A stretch of 64,000 nt of DNA from Candidatus Multivoradales bacterium (GTDB taxonomy: Bacteria; Acidobacteriota; Thermoanaerobaculia; Multivoradales; J023): the NCBI GenBank assembly GCA_965248925.1, contig CBDFLE010000006.1, positions 3,968,001 to 4,032,000 of the forward strand, in the 5' to 3' direction. The notes beneath the pieces are model-generated. The model did no database searches, was not told the DNA's origin, and was given only the letters and a program-made list of their open reading frames with translations. Positions 1 through 9,688 of the stretch are shown here, one piece after another. Numbering within the stretch: the first letter of the stretch is position 1; each line of letters begins with the position of its first letter. Both the position numbers and the translations under genes were made by a program.

Positions 1-1020
1 ATCAAGGGTGAAGATGTTGGCCCCAGTGGCATGGTCGGTCGCTTATTGTTCTACGTCGTGCTGCTCTTCGGCTTGCCGCCGTTCCTCGACGCTCTGGGTC
101 AGCAGGCCATCGTCTCGCCGATGCGTGACATGCTGGGCAAGGTGCTCGATTTTGTGCCCAACTTGGTGGCGGCTTTGATCTTGCTGCTGATCGGTAAGGT
201 CGTGGCCACCATCGTGCGGGAGGTGGTCACCAACTTCTTAGCTGCGACCGGGGTCGACCGCTTTGCCGCCAAATGGGGATTCGGCGGTGATGACAGCCGC
301 CAGTTGTCAGCGATGATTGGCTCGGTGGCCTTCTTCTTTGCCTTCATCCCGATCATTGTGGCGGCGGTGGATGCTCTGCGCATCGAAGCGGTTTCGGGGC
401 CGGTCAAGGGCACTCTCGAGCAGGTCATGCAAGCGATTCCGCTGATTTTCGTCGCTCTAGTGATCATGGCGATTGGCTACTACGTGGCCAAAGCGATTCG
501 TGGCTTGCTGGAAGCGTTCTTGAACGGCGTCGGCTTCGATGAGTTGCCGAGCAAGCTCGGTCTGGCTTTCCTCACCCCCAAGGAAGGGCAGCTGGGGTTG
601 TCGAGCATCGCTGGTACGGTGGTGATGGCAGTGATCTTGCTGCTCACCGCACAGCAAGCGTTAGCCACCTTGCAGCTGGGCCAGCTCTCCGAGTTGGTCG
701 CTGGCCTGCTCGGCTATCTGCCGCAGCTGCTGGTGGGTCTGGTGATCATCTTGGCAGCGCTGAGCTTGAGCTCTTACGCCGCCGACCTGCTGAACTCGAT
801 GTTGGCTGGCTCGCAGCACGGCCGGATGGTGGCGATGGTCGCCAAGTTCGCGATCATCTTCCTCGGCTTCAGCATGGGGCTGAACCAGCTCGGCGTGGGC
901 GAGGAGATTGTTCGCCTGTTGGTTGCCGCGGTGCTCTTTGGCACCGCCCTGGCGCTCGGCTTGGCCTTCGGTCTAGGTGGGCGTGACAAGGCCAAGAGCC
1001 TGGTGGATAAACTCGAGTAG
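1..1020 (+). CDS. Conserved TM-helix repeat membrane protein (CmpX / MscS-associated type), 5' end probably outside the window
   Basis: Frame is open from base 1. Repeated 'PNLVAALILLLIG'/'LPQLLVGLVII' helices and the C-terminal 'ALGLAFGLGGRD' motif are typical of this family. Confidence 0.75.
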   Translation: MKGEDVGPSGMVGRLLFYVVLLFGLPPFLDALGQQAIVSPMRDMLGKVLDFVPNLVAALILLLIGKVVATIVREVVTNFLAATGVDRFAAKWGFGGDDSRQLSAMIGSVAFFFAFIPIIVAAVDALRIEAVSGPVKGTLEQVMQAIPLIFVALVIMAIGYYVAKAIRGLLEAFLNGVGFDELPSKLGLAFLTPKEGQLGLSSIAGTVVMAVILLLTAQQALATLQLGQLSELVAGLLGYLPQLLVGLVIILAALSLSSYAADLLNSMLAGSQHGRMVAMVAKFAIIFLGFSMGLNQLGVGEEIVRLLVAAVLFGTALALGLAFGLGGRDKAKSLVDKLE

Positions 1021-1046
1021 TAGCTGCTGGTTTGGAATGAGTACCT

Positions 1047-1078
1047 AGGGCTCGCCGGAGGACCGGCGAGCCCTTCTT
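1047..1078. terminator. Intrinsic terminator hairpin between convergent genes
   Basis: AGGGCTCGCCGG-AGGA-CCGGCGAGCCCT, a perfect 12-bp stem followed by a short T-rich run. Confidence 0.75.
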
Positions 1079-1093
1079 GAGTTTAGCGACCGA

Positions 1094-3379
1094 CTACTGA
1101 ATTGGCGCTACGGCCGGGTTCGACTTCCACAGCCGGCGCCTTGGCGGCATGGCTCCACGACGAAAAATCTCTTCAGTGCTACCACGGCGCGAGGCTGCTA
1201 CGCGCAAACCGCTGCGAGCTTCGATCCAATGCTGCTCTAAGTCTGTCGGTGGCGCGCTCTGCCGTTGGGGTCGGGTGGGTATGGCCTGCGCCATGAATCG
1301 GCGCCAGATAGGCGCCGCCGCGGCGCTGGCCGATAGGCCGATCTTGCCATTGTCGTCCAGGCCCAGCCAGACCACAGTCACCAATCCGCCGCCACCACCG
1401 ACCAACCAGGCGTCGCGTTGGTCTGAGGAGGTACCGGTCTTGGCCCACACTTCGAGGTCGCCGGGGCGGGCGCCGCGGGCGGTGCCACGCTCGGCATTGT
1501 CGCGCAGCAAGTCGCGCACCAAGTAGGCGCTAGAGGGGCGGGACAGGCGGCGCGCTCGGCTGCCGCCACGTTCGAGGGTGCGGCCTCCGGGGCGGCGCAG
1601 GCGAAGAATGGGCACCGCTTGGCGCACCTTGCCCGGATCGCTGAAGACGGTGTAGGCCGCGGCCAGCTGCAACGGCGAGGTTTCGATAGCGCCGAGCACG
1701 AAAGCCGGAGGTGTGGCTGGTGGTAGGTCTAGGCCCGCTCGGCGCAGCCGTTTGGCGGTAGCCTCGAATCCACACCAGCGGGCGATCCGCACGAAGGGGA
1801 TGTTGAGCGAGCGGACGGTAGCTTCGCGCAAGCTCACCTGTTGCCGGTGCTTGCCATCCGGGTTACGCGGCTCCCATGCACCCGCGGGCAGATCGAGCCG
1901 CAGGGGCTGGTCGGAGACCTGCCGTGCGGGATACAGCGGTTGGCGATCGCCGCAGTCATCGAAGGCTTCGAGCAGCACCAAGGGTTTGACCGTCGAACCG
2001 GGTTGGCGACGAGCCCGGCGAGCGCGGTCGAAGGCATCGCCGGCTTGCGCCGGATCGCCGCCAACATAGGCCAACACCTCCCCCGAGGCGCCATCGAGGG
2101 TGACCAAGGCAGCGTGCAGGGGCCGGCCGCGGAGCTGGCGCTGAGTGCGACGAAGTTCTGCCAGGCCCCGTTCGACGGCTTCTTCTGCCAGATCTTGCAA
2201 CTCCGCATCGAGGGCGCTTTCGACAATCACCCCGCGGCCTTGCTCGGTATGGCGGGGAGCTTCTCGCTGGATTTCATCGCGCACCAGGTCAAGTAGGTAA
2301 GTCGGACCGGCGGCAGCTGGCGGTTGCAGCTTCAAAGGCGGCAGGCCGGCACGCCGGGCCGCCTCGACCTCGGCCCATCCAAGGGTCTCCAGACGGTCCA
2401 AGACCAGCCGCTGCCGGACTAGGGCGCGTTCTGGATGACGGTTGGGTGAGAGGCGGTTGGGGCCTTGGATCAGGCCTGCAAGAAGCGCCGCTTGGCCGAG
2501 TTCGAGGGAATTCGCCGAGCGTGAGAAGTAGGCTTCAGCAGCAGCGCCGATGCCGTAGATAGCCACCCCCCCGAGGTGACCGAAATACACATGGTCGAGA
2601 TAGGTCTGGAGAATCTCTCGCTTGTCGTGCTCGGCTTCGAGGGCGACCGCCCGCATGGCTTCTGAGACCTTGCGGCCGAGAGACCTCTTGGGGCTTAGAT
2701 CGCGCATCTTGATCAACTGCTGGGTGATGGTGCTGCCACCCTGGGTGATGCGACCCGCTTTGAAGTTGCGTAACAAGGCTCGCGCCACCGAGCGTCCGTC
2801 GACCCCGGAGTGCTCAAAGAAGCGGGCGTCCTCGATCGCGAGCACCGACTTCCAGACGTACTCCGGCAATTCGTCGAAGTCGATCGGCAGCCGCCGGGCG
2901 CGGTCGGCCTGTAGGGATTCGGCCAGCAGACGCGGCGCGAGCCGCGCTTTGGGAAGGTTTTTTTCGCCGCCGTCCTGGTGGGCGAAAATGCGCTCGATCC
3001 GGCCGTCGCTGCGACGAAGGTCGAGGCCCAGCAACAGGGCGGCCCGGCGGTGCCCAGGCCAGGAGTTGGCCCGGCGGTGAATCCAAAAACGCTCGTGGCC
3101 CCAGAAGAACTCCCCTGCATTCTGCGGCTGTCGATGAACGCGGCGATAGCCCCGAGCTTCGAGGCGTTGGGGAAGTCGGCTGCCAACGATGGTGGCGCCG
3201 GGCAGGATCGGCCACGGGGCGGCAAAGACCCTGATCTCGTTGCGCCCTAGTTGGTCAGCGAGTGAGTCGCCGACGACCCGCGAGCTGCAAACCAAGGCGC
3301 CGAGCAGCCAAGCGCAGCAGGCTACCAGGCAGCGGCGGCGGTCTACTCGCCGCTGTCGCTGGAGATAGAGGCCACCCAT
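1094..3379 (-). CDS. mrcB: Class A penicillin-binding protein (PBP1B-like transglycosylase/transpeptidase)
   Basis: GT51 motifs EDARFFEHSG, GGSTITQQL and RKVSE; transpeptidase motifs STVK, SLN and KTGT; UB2H-like N-terminal insert. Confidence 0.85.
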   Translation of the reverse strand: MGGLYLQRQRRVDRRRCLVACCAWLLGALVCSSRVVGDSLADQLGRNEIRVFAAPWPILPGATIVGSRLPQRLEARGYRRVHRQPQNAGEFFWGHERFWIHRRANSWPGHRRAALLLGLDLRRSDGRIERIFAHQDGGEKNLPKARLAPRLLAESLQADRARRLPIDFDELPEYVWKSVLAIEDARFFEHSGVDGRSVARALLRNFKAGRITQGGSTITQQLIKMRDLSPKRSLGRKVSEAMRAVALEAEHDKREILQTYLDHVYFGHLGGVAIYGIGAAAEAYFSRSANSLELGQAALLAGLIQGPNRLSPNRHPERALVRQRLVLDRLETLGWAEVEAARRAGLPPLKLQPPAAAGPTYLLDLVRDEIQREAPRHTEQGRGVIVESALDAELQDLAEEAVERGLAELRRTQRQLRGRPLHAALVTLDGASGEVLAYVGGDPAQAGDAFDRARRARRQPGSTVKPLVLLEAFDDCGDRQPLYPARQVSDQPLRLDLPAGAWEPRNPDGKHRQQVSLREATVRSLNIPFVRIARWCGFEATAKRLRRAGLDLPPATPPAFVLGAIETSPLQLAAAYTVFSDPGKVRQAVPILRLRRPGGRTLERGGSRARRLSRPSSAYLVRDLLRDNAERGTARGARPGDLEVWAKTGTSSDQRDAWLVGGGGGLVTVVWLGLDDNGKIGLSASAAAAPIWRRFMAQAIPTRPQRQSAPPTDLEQHWIEARSGLRVAASRRGSTEEIFRRGAMPPRRRLWKSNPAVAPIQ

Positions 3380-3738
3380 TGCTGGATCTTGTCCTGGTCG
3401 ACGCCTTCGATTTCGATGAATTCGATACCCACCCCACGAGGTTTACGCCAGCGGCTGCGCCAGCGCACGATGGCCTTGGCCTGGATCGACTGGGTCGAGT
3501 CGTCTGAGTGCCGGCGGCCGAAGCTCAGCTCCAGCACCACACCCTTAGGTGGTGGCCGTTCGGTGACCAGAAGGAGGCCGCCCAGACTGACGTTCTGAGC
3601 AATCCCCTCGAGATAGGCGCGGGTCGGCCGATCGACTCGATAACCGCGGTAAAACACCGAAATACCAGAGGTCAATCGGGGGAAGCGGCGCTTTTCCTGG
3701 ACAATGGTCCCCACCGGCACAGCATACACGAGCGGCAC
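3343..3738 (-). CDS. PilZ-domain protein (c-di-GMP receptor)
   Basis: RRFPR (RxxxR), NVSLGG (D/NxSxxG) and a GVGIEF strand. Confidence 0.85.
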   Translation of the reverse strand: MPLVYAVPVGTIVQEKRRFPRLTSGISVFYRGYRVDRPTRAYLEGIAQNVSLGGLLLVTERPPPKGVVLELSFGRRHSDDSTQSIQAKAIVRWRSRWRKPRGVGIEFIEIEGVDQDKIQQWVASISSDSGE

Positions 3739-3803
3739 ACTCAGGGAGCGTTCCGCCGCGGTCCAGAGGACCGCAGTCCAGGCCTCAGCGAAGGCTCGCG
3801 AAC

Positions 3804-4022
3804 TCAGACCGGATCGGCCCGCCAGAGCATCAGATCGACTCCTTCTAGTTCGGCGATAACGTCTTTGGGGGTTACCGGGTCACCGTCTTTAGAGCGCCGG
3901 GCGATCTCTAGCTTGCCCTGCGGTGTCACTAAAAATTGTAGATCATTCCCATAGCGCACCAGGGCGTGCTCAGCGATGGTAATGGCTGCTTGGATTTCGT
4001 GGATCGTAGTCTGTTCTGGCAT
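3804..4022 (-). CDS. Small hypothetical protein (72 aa)
   Basis: ATG start with GGGG upstream and protein-like composition; lower GC than flanks; no family recognised. Confidence 0.45.
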   Translation of the reverse strand: MPEQTTIHEIQAAITIAEHALVRYGNDLQFLVTPQGKLEIARRSKDGDPVTPKDVIAELEGVDLMLWRADPV

Positions 4023-4509
4023 TTGGTACCCCAGTTCTGAAAAGTAAAGAGCCGAGCTGAAATCGCCCGAGCCCGCTCCTCGAACCCGCCTTCTTGCCCC
4101 ATCTGGGCCGTGGATTCGAATTTCTACCCCAACTCTCTAAATAGAAGAGATTTATTGGTTTCGGTGCAATGCTACCCTCTGCGTCTACCGACTGTAGTGC
4201 CGCGTTTGGGTGAGCTGTGTGGCTTGGTAAGAATAGATCGCCGCCTAGATCCACAGAAAAATGCTCAAAGTAATTGCCGATGTTGTCCATGGCGATCTCA
4301 GGCATCTCTGTTTTCATCGCTCGTTTCAAAGTTTTTTCGCGGTATTTGCAATTCTAGGTGGCTCGAAATAGAGATCATTCACATATTGAAATGACCTATT
4401 TAAGGCTACCTTGAAGCACTCGGTTGTCTGCCCTTGGAGTAGGGACGAATATAACATAAGCGATAGAGAGGGGGGCTCGGCGGAGCCTCTGTGCCTTTCT
4501 TCTGAGCCG

Positions 4510-5349
4510 TCAAAGTTGGTGCAAGAATGCACCGTAGCCAGCGCGGTAGGAGGGGAATCGGAATTCGAAATCGGTCGCCAGGAGCCTTCGGTTAGAGCAG
4601 CGTTTGCCGCGATTTGGTTTGGCGACTGGGGGTAGCGGCGGCGGCGGTGGTTGTCCGAGTTCAGCGCACAGCCAGTCGATGACCTCGGCGATAGGCACCG
4701 GTGCATGGTCGACCCCGAGGTAGATCGGTGCCGGTCGGTCGAGGGCCAGCAAGTGTTCCAATGCTCGCGCACAATCCTCGATGTGGATGCGATTGCTGAA
4801 GTGGGCCGGTTGTCGCTGAATCGGCTGGCCCTGGCAGGCGCGATCGACCAGCTGTTTGCGACCGGGGCCGTAGATTCCACCCAGTCGCAGGCTCACCGTC
4901 TTCCAAGGTGCGGCCGCAAGCACTTGCTCAGCTTCAAGCAGGCGCCGGCCAGTGAAGTGCCGCGGCGCGGTCGCGGAGTCCTCGTCCAGCCATTCACCTT
5001 CATTCTGGCCATAAACGGCGGTGCTGGAGGAGAAGAAGAAACTTGCCAGCTGCTGCCCACCATCGTCGAGTTCGCTGATCAAATGCTCTAGGGAGTTGAC
5101 GTAGGTGCGGCGATAGCAGAGGTCGGTGCGTTGGTCGGCAGCGGCGGTATAGAAAACGCTGTCAAGCGAGCTGGGCAAGCAGTGGCGATAGGACGCCGGA
5201 TCAGTCAGGTCGGCGGCCAAGGGCAAAATGGTTGCAGGCAAATGTTCGATCTGGCGGCGCAGTCCCCAAACCTGATGGCCCGCAGCGGCCAGCCGCCGTC
5301 CCAGACTACTGCCGAGTTCACCGCAGCCGGCGATTAGAATTCTTGCCAA
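4510..5349 (-). CDS. NAD-dependent epimerase / atypical SDR (YeeZ-like)
   Basis: ILIAGCGELG Rossmann motif, SSTAVYG, LRLGGIYGPGR, NRIHIEDCA. Confidence 0.85.
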   Translation of the reverse strand: MARILIAGCGELGSSLGRRLAAAGHQVWGLRRQIEHLPATILPLAADLTDPASYRHCLPSSLDSVFYTAAADQRTDLCYRRTYVNSLEHLISELDDGGQQLASFFFSSSTAVYGQNEGEWLDEDSATAPRHFTGRRLLEAEQVLAAAPWKTVSLRLGGIYGPGRKQLVDRACQGQPIQRQPAHFSNRIHIEDCARALEHLLALDRPAPIYLGVDHAPVPIAEVIDWLCAELGQPPPPPLPPVAKPNRGKRCSNRRLLATDFEFRFPSYRAGYGAFLHQL

Positions 5350-5352
5350 TTT

Positions 5353-6732
5353 TCAAATTTCCGTGTTGCAGCCATTTAGTGAGTGCGCCCGCTGCTGTTG
5401 GTTGAGGTCGAGGCGTAGACTGCTGGCATTCACTTCGCACATCGATACCATTTGTTCGCCTACCGGCAAGCGGAAAGTGCAGGCCGCCAGGCGCTCTTGC
5501 CCCAGTTCGGTCTCGAGTTCTGCCGCGCTCATGAATTTATGCACGATCAAGGCTAGAGGGCGCAGGCGCAGGCGGCCACGGGCCAGGCTGGTGAGGGCAT
5601 GGCCAAGCCAAGCTCGTTCTCCCCACAGTCGATAGACAAGGTAGGGCATCAGCTCCGCCGCCAGCAGAGGGTGGCGACAGAGCAGGCCAACCAACTTAAG
5701 GCTGTTCTCCCAGGGTGCCGCGCCGAGCGACGAGAACCCTCCCAGAGCACCGAGCAGCCGGTCGAGGAATCGCCGGTCCCAACTCTTGTCGCCATGCTGG
5801 TCAGCGCGCACCAGCTCGACGATGCGGCGCTGCTTGCCAAGTTCGACGACTGTGATCGGAGTGACGATGTTGCACTGTGGATGACCGAAGTGAACGGCGC
5901 GAGGATTGATGCTGTGGCCGAGGCCGTCACTGACTCGCTGCCACACCTGCTCGATGCTGACGTCCGCCAAGGGTTGATCCTGGGTCCGCCCCACCGCCGC
6001 CACCGGCTGCAAGCTGAGCATGCGGAAGGCGTCGGCGTGGCGCGCCACCCAATCGATCACTTCGGGCACTTGCGGCAGACTTTCCGGAGTTACGGTCATG
6101 GTCATGGCGGCGTACAGCCGGCGGCCGGTCTCGCGGCGTACTCGGCGGATCAGATCGGCGTAGCCCAGCCGGATCGGGTGCAGTTCGCTTTCGCGAATTC
6201 GCGGCCGCCAGCCGCGGCGGCCGCGCTGGGTCGAGTCGATGTGGATTGAAATCTTACCCAGGCCATAGGTGTCGACCAGTCGCAGCAAATACTCGGGACG
6301 GTCGAGCAGGCGCTGACCGTGGGTCATCAGCATCGGATCGAGGCCGATCTGGTGAGCGTAGCGGAAGTAGCCGCCGAGGGTTTCAAGGGGCAGAAGGGTG
6401 ACCTCGCCAGAGGTGATCTGAGCCTTGCCCCAGGGGCCTAGATAGGCTCGCAGCTGATCGAGCTGGCGGTATACCTCGGCGGCTTCGAGCGGCGGCGTGG
6501 AGTTGGCTGATCGTGACAGGTAGCAACTGGTGCAAGCGAAGTCGCAGCGCTCCATGACGCTGTGGGTGGCACCGCAGGAGATGTGCCAACGACCGCTGAG
6601 CTGGCCGGGTAGGCGGAGATCCTTGGGCAGCTCTCGCCAGTGTTCGCGGTTGAGCCGCAGGCGCTCTGCCGACAGCGGCTGGTGTAGGGCCTGCAGAACG
6701 CGGCTCAGCAGCGAGTGGGGCACCGGCCTCAT
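5353..6732 (-). CDS. Radical SAM protein with C-terminal Cys extension (ORF open to 6882; probable start 6732 or 6750)
   Basis: CDFACTSC (CxxxCxxC), ITSGEVT (GGE-like), LQPVAAVGR, HPQC, and two further C-terminal Cys. Confidence 0.85.
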   Translation of the reverse strand: MRPVPHSLLSRVLQALHQPLSAERLRLNREHWRELPKDLRLPGQLSGRWHISCGATHSVMERCDFACTSCYLSRSANSTPPLEAAEVYRQLDQLRAYLGPWGKAQITSGEVTLLPLETLGGYFRYAHQIGLDPMLMTHGQRLLDRPEYLLRLVDTYGLGKISIHIDSTQRGRRGWRPRIRESELHPIRLGYADLIRRVRRETGRRLYAAMTMTVTPESLPQVPEVIDWVARHADAFRMLSLQPVAAVGRTQDQPLADVSIEQVWQRVSDGLGHSINPRAVHFGHPQCNIVTPITVVELGKQRRIVELVRADQHGDKSWDRRFLDRLLGALGGFSSLGAAPWENSLKLVGLLCRHPLLAAELMPYLVYRLWGERAWLGHALTSLARGRLRLRPLALIVHKFMSAAELETELGQERLAACTFRLPVGEQMVSMCEVNASSLRLDLNQQQRAHSLNGCNTEI

Positions 6733-6893
6733 GGTCTGGTGCTGCTTCACATCGATGGGTCGCGGAGGGGGGTGAGACGAGCTGGGTGGTAGCGATCGGG
6801 CATTGAGACTCCTGGGTTGGTTGCGCGGCGGTATCGGTGCTGGTGATTCTAATTCCTTGCTCCGGCCCGATGGGTCTGGCACGATGCAGCCCC

Positions 6894-8123
6894 ATGGCGA
6901 AATCCGAGTCTGACATCGATGGCCTGGCCGCCGGCCCGCATCGCGCTTCTTTGGCTGTCGTTTACGCGACGGTTTTTCTCGATATCCTGGGCTTTGGCAT
7001 CATCTTGCCATTTCTGCCTTACTACGCCGAGCACCTCGGCGCTACCGGTCTTGGTTTGGGCTTGCTGTTCACTGCATACTCGGCAACCCAAATGGTCGGC
7101 GCGGCGGTTCTTGGCCGCCTGTCGGATCGCTTTGGGCGGCGGCCGATCTTACTGCTCAGCTTGCTGGGCTCGGCCCTATCGATGGCCCTTTGCGGCTTTG
7201 CCCAGACTTTGGTCGGGTTGTGCTTGGCGCGCGCCCTGGCGGGGTTGTTCGGCGGTAGTATCGCCACTGCTCAAGCCTACGTCGCCGATGTTACCGAGGA
7301 TCACGAGAGGGCCAAATATATGGGCCTGGTCGGCGCTTCGATCGGCCTCGGTTTCGTTGTTGGACCTGCTCTGGGGGTGGCGATTCGCGGACTTGGCTAT
7401 AGTTTTGCCGGCGCCGCCTTCACCGCGGCCGGACTGGCTTTGGTCAATTTCTTGTTCGGCCTGGCGCGGTTACGCGAGTCGACGACAGTGCGTTCTGCGA
7501 TGAGCGCCCGTCGGCCAGGTCCTGCCCAAATGCTGCGAGCGCTGGCGCGACCTGGCTTGACGCAGGTGTTGTTGGCGGCTTTTCTGACCACTTTTGCTTT
7601 TGTCGGAATGGAGACAACCTTCGCTTTTCTTGGGGCTGTTCGTTTTGCTTTCGATGAGCGCAGTTTTGGGCTGGTGCTGGTCTATGTCGGGGTGGTGATC
7701 GTCATCGTCCAAGGGGGCTTGATCGGGCGCTTGACCCGGCGCTTTGGCGTGCGGCCGATAGCGGTGGTCGGTGGCTCGGCGATGGCTCTGGCCCTGGCTG
7801 GTATCGGCTTGGGCACCACCTTGCCGGTGGCCCTTGCCGCCCTCGGCTTGCTCGCTGTCGGTCAGGGGCTGGTCTCGCCTTCTCTTTCGACGCTCAACTC
7901 CCTCACCGCCGCAGCCGGCGAGCAAGGCTGGAGCCTCGGCGCGGGCCAGTCGTTAGCCGCTGCTGCCCGTGGGGTCGGGCCGGTGATGGCTGGCTGGCTC
8001 TACGACCAAAGTGGCCGTATCGGCGGGCTGCCGGCGGGGGCCTTGCCCTATCTGCTGGCTGCCGGGGCGGCATTGCTGGCGGCAATTTTGGTAGCTAGTA
8101 TTCGGCTCGCTGAGCCGGCTTGA
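6894..8123 (+). CDS. MFS transporter, TetA/DHA1-like
   Basis: FLDILGFGIILP, motif A GRLSDRFGRRP, motif C GFVVGPALG, about 12 TM segments. Confidence 0.9.
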   Translation: MAKSESDIDGLAAGPHRASLAVVYATVFLDILGFGIILPFLPYYAEHLGATGLGLGLLFTAYSATQMVGAAVLGRLSDRFGRRPILLLSLLGSALSMALCGFAQTLVGLCLARALAGLFGGSIATAQAYVADVTEDHERAKYMGLVGASIGLGFVVGPALGVAIRGLGYSFAGAAFTAAGLALVNFLFGLARLRESTTVRSAMSARRPGPAQMLRALARPGLTQVLLAAFLTTFAFVGMETTFAFLGAVRFAFDERSFGLVLVYVGVVIVIVQGGLIGRLTRRFGVRPIAVVGGSAMALALAGIGLGTTLPVALAALGLLAVGQGLVSPSLSTLNSLTAAAGEQGWSLGAGQSLAAAARGVGPVMAGWLYDQSGRIGGLPAGALPYLLAAGAALLAAILVASIRLAEPA

Positions 8124-8182
8124 CCCTGAGAGATCCTTGATATTGCCATCCAACCGCAACCCGCGAACCCTGAGAGAGAGAA

Positions 8183-9196
8183 ATGCCGAAAACAAACCTA
8201 CAGATTCGCCTCGCAGCGCGCCCCAAAGGGTTGCCCAAGGCGAGTGATTTTGAAGCCGTCGAGGCGACGGTGCCGGAGCCCGCAGAGGGACAGGTGTTGG
8301 TACGCAATATCTTGCTGTCTCTCGACCCGGCTATGCGTGGGTGGATGACCGACCGTAAATCTTACGTTCCGCCGGTGTCGATCGGCGAAGTGATGCGTGG
8401 TTTGGCTTTGGGGGAAGTGGTGGCGTCGCGGGCTGTGGGCTGGGACTCGGGCGACTTGGTGACCGGACTGCTCGGCTGGCAGCAATACGCGATCCTCAAA
8501 CCCGAAAATCTGGATCGCCTGCCTGCCGGCACCCCACCAGCACTGGCCATGGGGCCGTTGGGGATGACCGGGTTGACGGCCTATTTTGGCTTGCTCGATA
8601 TTGGCCAGCCGCGGGAAGGCGAGACAGTGCTGGTTAGCGCAGCGGCCGGGGCGGTGGGTTCGATTGTCGGGCAGATCGCCCGCATCAAGGGCTGCCGGGT
8701 GGTGGGCATCGCCGGTACCGATGACAAATGCCGCTGGTTGACCGAAGATCTCGGTTTCGACGCGGCGATCAACTACAAGACTTGCGATGATCTGCACGCC
8801 ACGATTTATCACCACTGCCCGAAGGGTATCGATGTCTATTTCGATAACGTAGGCGGCGAGACTTTAGACATTGCCCTGCGCCTGCTGCGGCGCCAGGCGC
8901 GGGTAGTGATCTGTGGCGCTATCTCGCAATATAATGCCACTGAGCCGGCGCCAGGGCCGATCAACTACCTTTCGTTATTGGTCAACCGGGCACGGATGGA
9001 AGGGTTTATTATTTTTGACTATCAGCCCCGTTACGCCGCGGCCCAAGCCGAGCTGGCGAAGTGGCTGGAACAGGGTAAGCTGAAGTTCCGGGTCGACATC
9101 ACCAAGGGGCTCGAGAACGCCCCCCAGGCTTTGCTCAAGCTGTTCGATGGTGGCAATACCGGCAAGTTGCTGGTGCAGATCGGCCCTGAACCTTGA
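8183..9196 (+). CDS. NADP-dependent oxidoreductase (MDR family; CurA/prostaglandin reductase-like)
   Basis: LSLDPAMRG, GMTGLTAYFGL, AAAGAVGS, DVYFDNVGG, GNTGKLLV. Confidence 0.92.
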   Translation: MPKTNLQIRLAARPKGLPKASDFEAVEATVPEPAEGQVLVRNILLSLDPAMRGWMTDRKSYVPPVSIGEVMRGLALGEVVASRAVGWDSGDLVTGLLGWQQYAILKPENLDRLPAGTPPALAMGPLGMTGLTAYFGLLDIGQPREGETVLVSAAAGAVGSIVGQIARIKGCRVVGIAGTDDKCRWLTEDLGFDAAINYKTCDDLHATIYHHCPKGIDVYFDNVGGETLDIALRLLRRQARVVICGAISQYNATEPAPGPINYLSLLVNRARMEGFIIFDYQPRYAAAQAELAKWLEQGKLKFRVDITKGLENAPQALLKLFDGGNTGKLLVQIGPEP

Positions 9197-9279
9197 GTAG
9201 CGAATGGCCTAGAAAGCCGTGGTAAAAGTCAGACACCAGCGAAAGCGCGTTGCTTGGGGCAAGGTCGCTGCCATAGCAA

Positions 9280-9642
9280 TTATCGGCGGTCGAGGGTAGA
9301 GGCGATCGTCGCCGCCCAGCTACCGTCGGCATCTTCGTTGAACTCCCAAGCCATAAAACCACCGAATTGATCGCCGTAGTCGGCTACCAGCGGGTCGAGC
9401 AGGTCGGTCACCACTTGGGCCAGTGGCTCATAGCCGCTGACCTTCGAGCTGTAGGGTTTGCCCAAGACCACCACCAAGCGTGGGGCAACGACCGCTGGCG
9501 GCGGTGGCGGGGCGGGTTCGGTGGGTGGATCCTCGGGGGCCGCTAGCGGGGCATTGGATTGTTCGGTTGGAGTTTGCCGGGTCGAACAGGCCAGCGTCGA
9601 GCAGATCGTAAGGGTCAGAGCGATCAGCAAGAACTTGTTCAC
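9280..9642 (-). CDS. Small lipoprotein carrying a GH18-like C-terminal segment (possibly internally deleted)
   Basis: AGGAGG RBS before GTG 9642; signal VNKFLLIALTLTICSTLA-C; Pro-rich linker; LGKPY..SGY..FGGFMAWEFNED resembles the last strands of a GH18 barrel. Confidence 0.6.
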   Translation of the reverse strand: MNKFLLIALTLTICSTLACSTRQTPTEQSNAPLAAPEDPPTEPAPPPPPAVVAPRLVVVLGKPYSSKVSGYEPLAQVVTDLLDPLVADYGDQFGGFMAWEFNEDADGSWAATIASTLDRR

Positions 9643-9688
9643 GACACCTCCTGGTGGTTTCTGGGTTAGCAAAGTCGGCTGGTCTTGA

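Noticed and set aside
3970-4394. ORFs 3970-4329 (-) and 4110-4394 (+)
   Set aside because: Mutually overlapping and motif-free; cannot be supported as genes from sequence alone.
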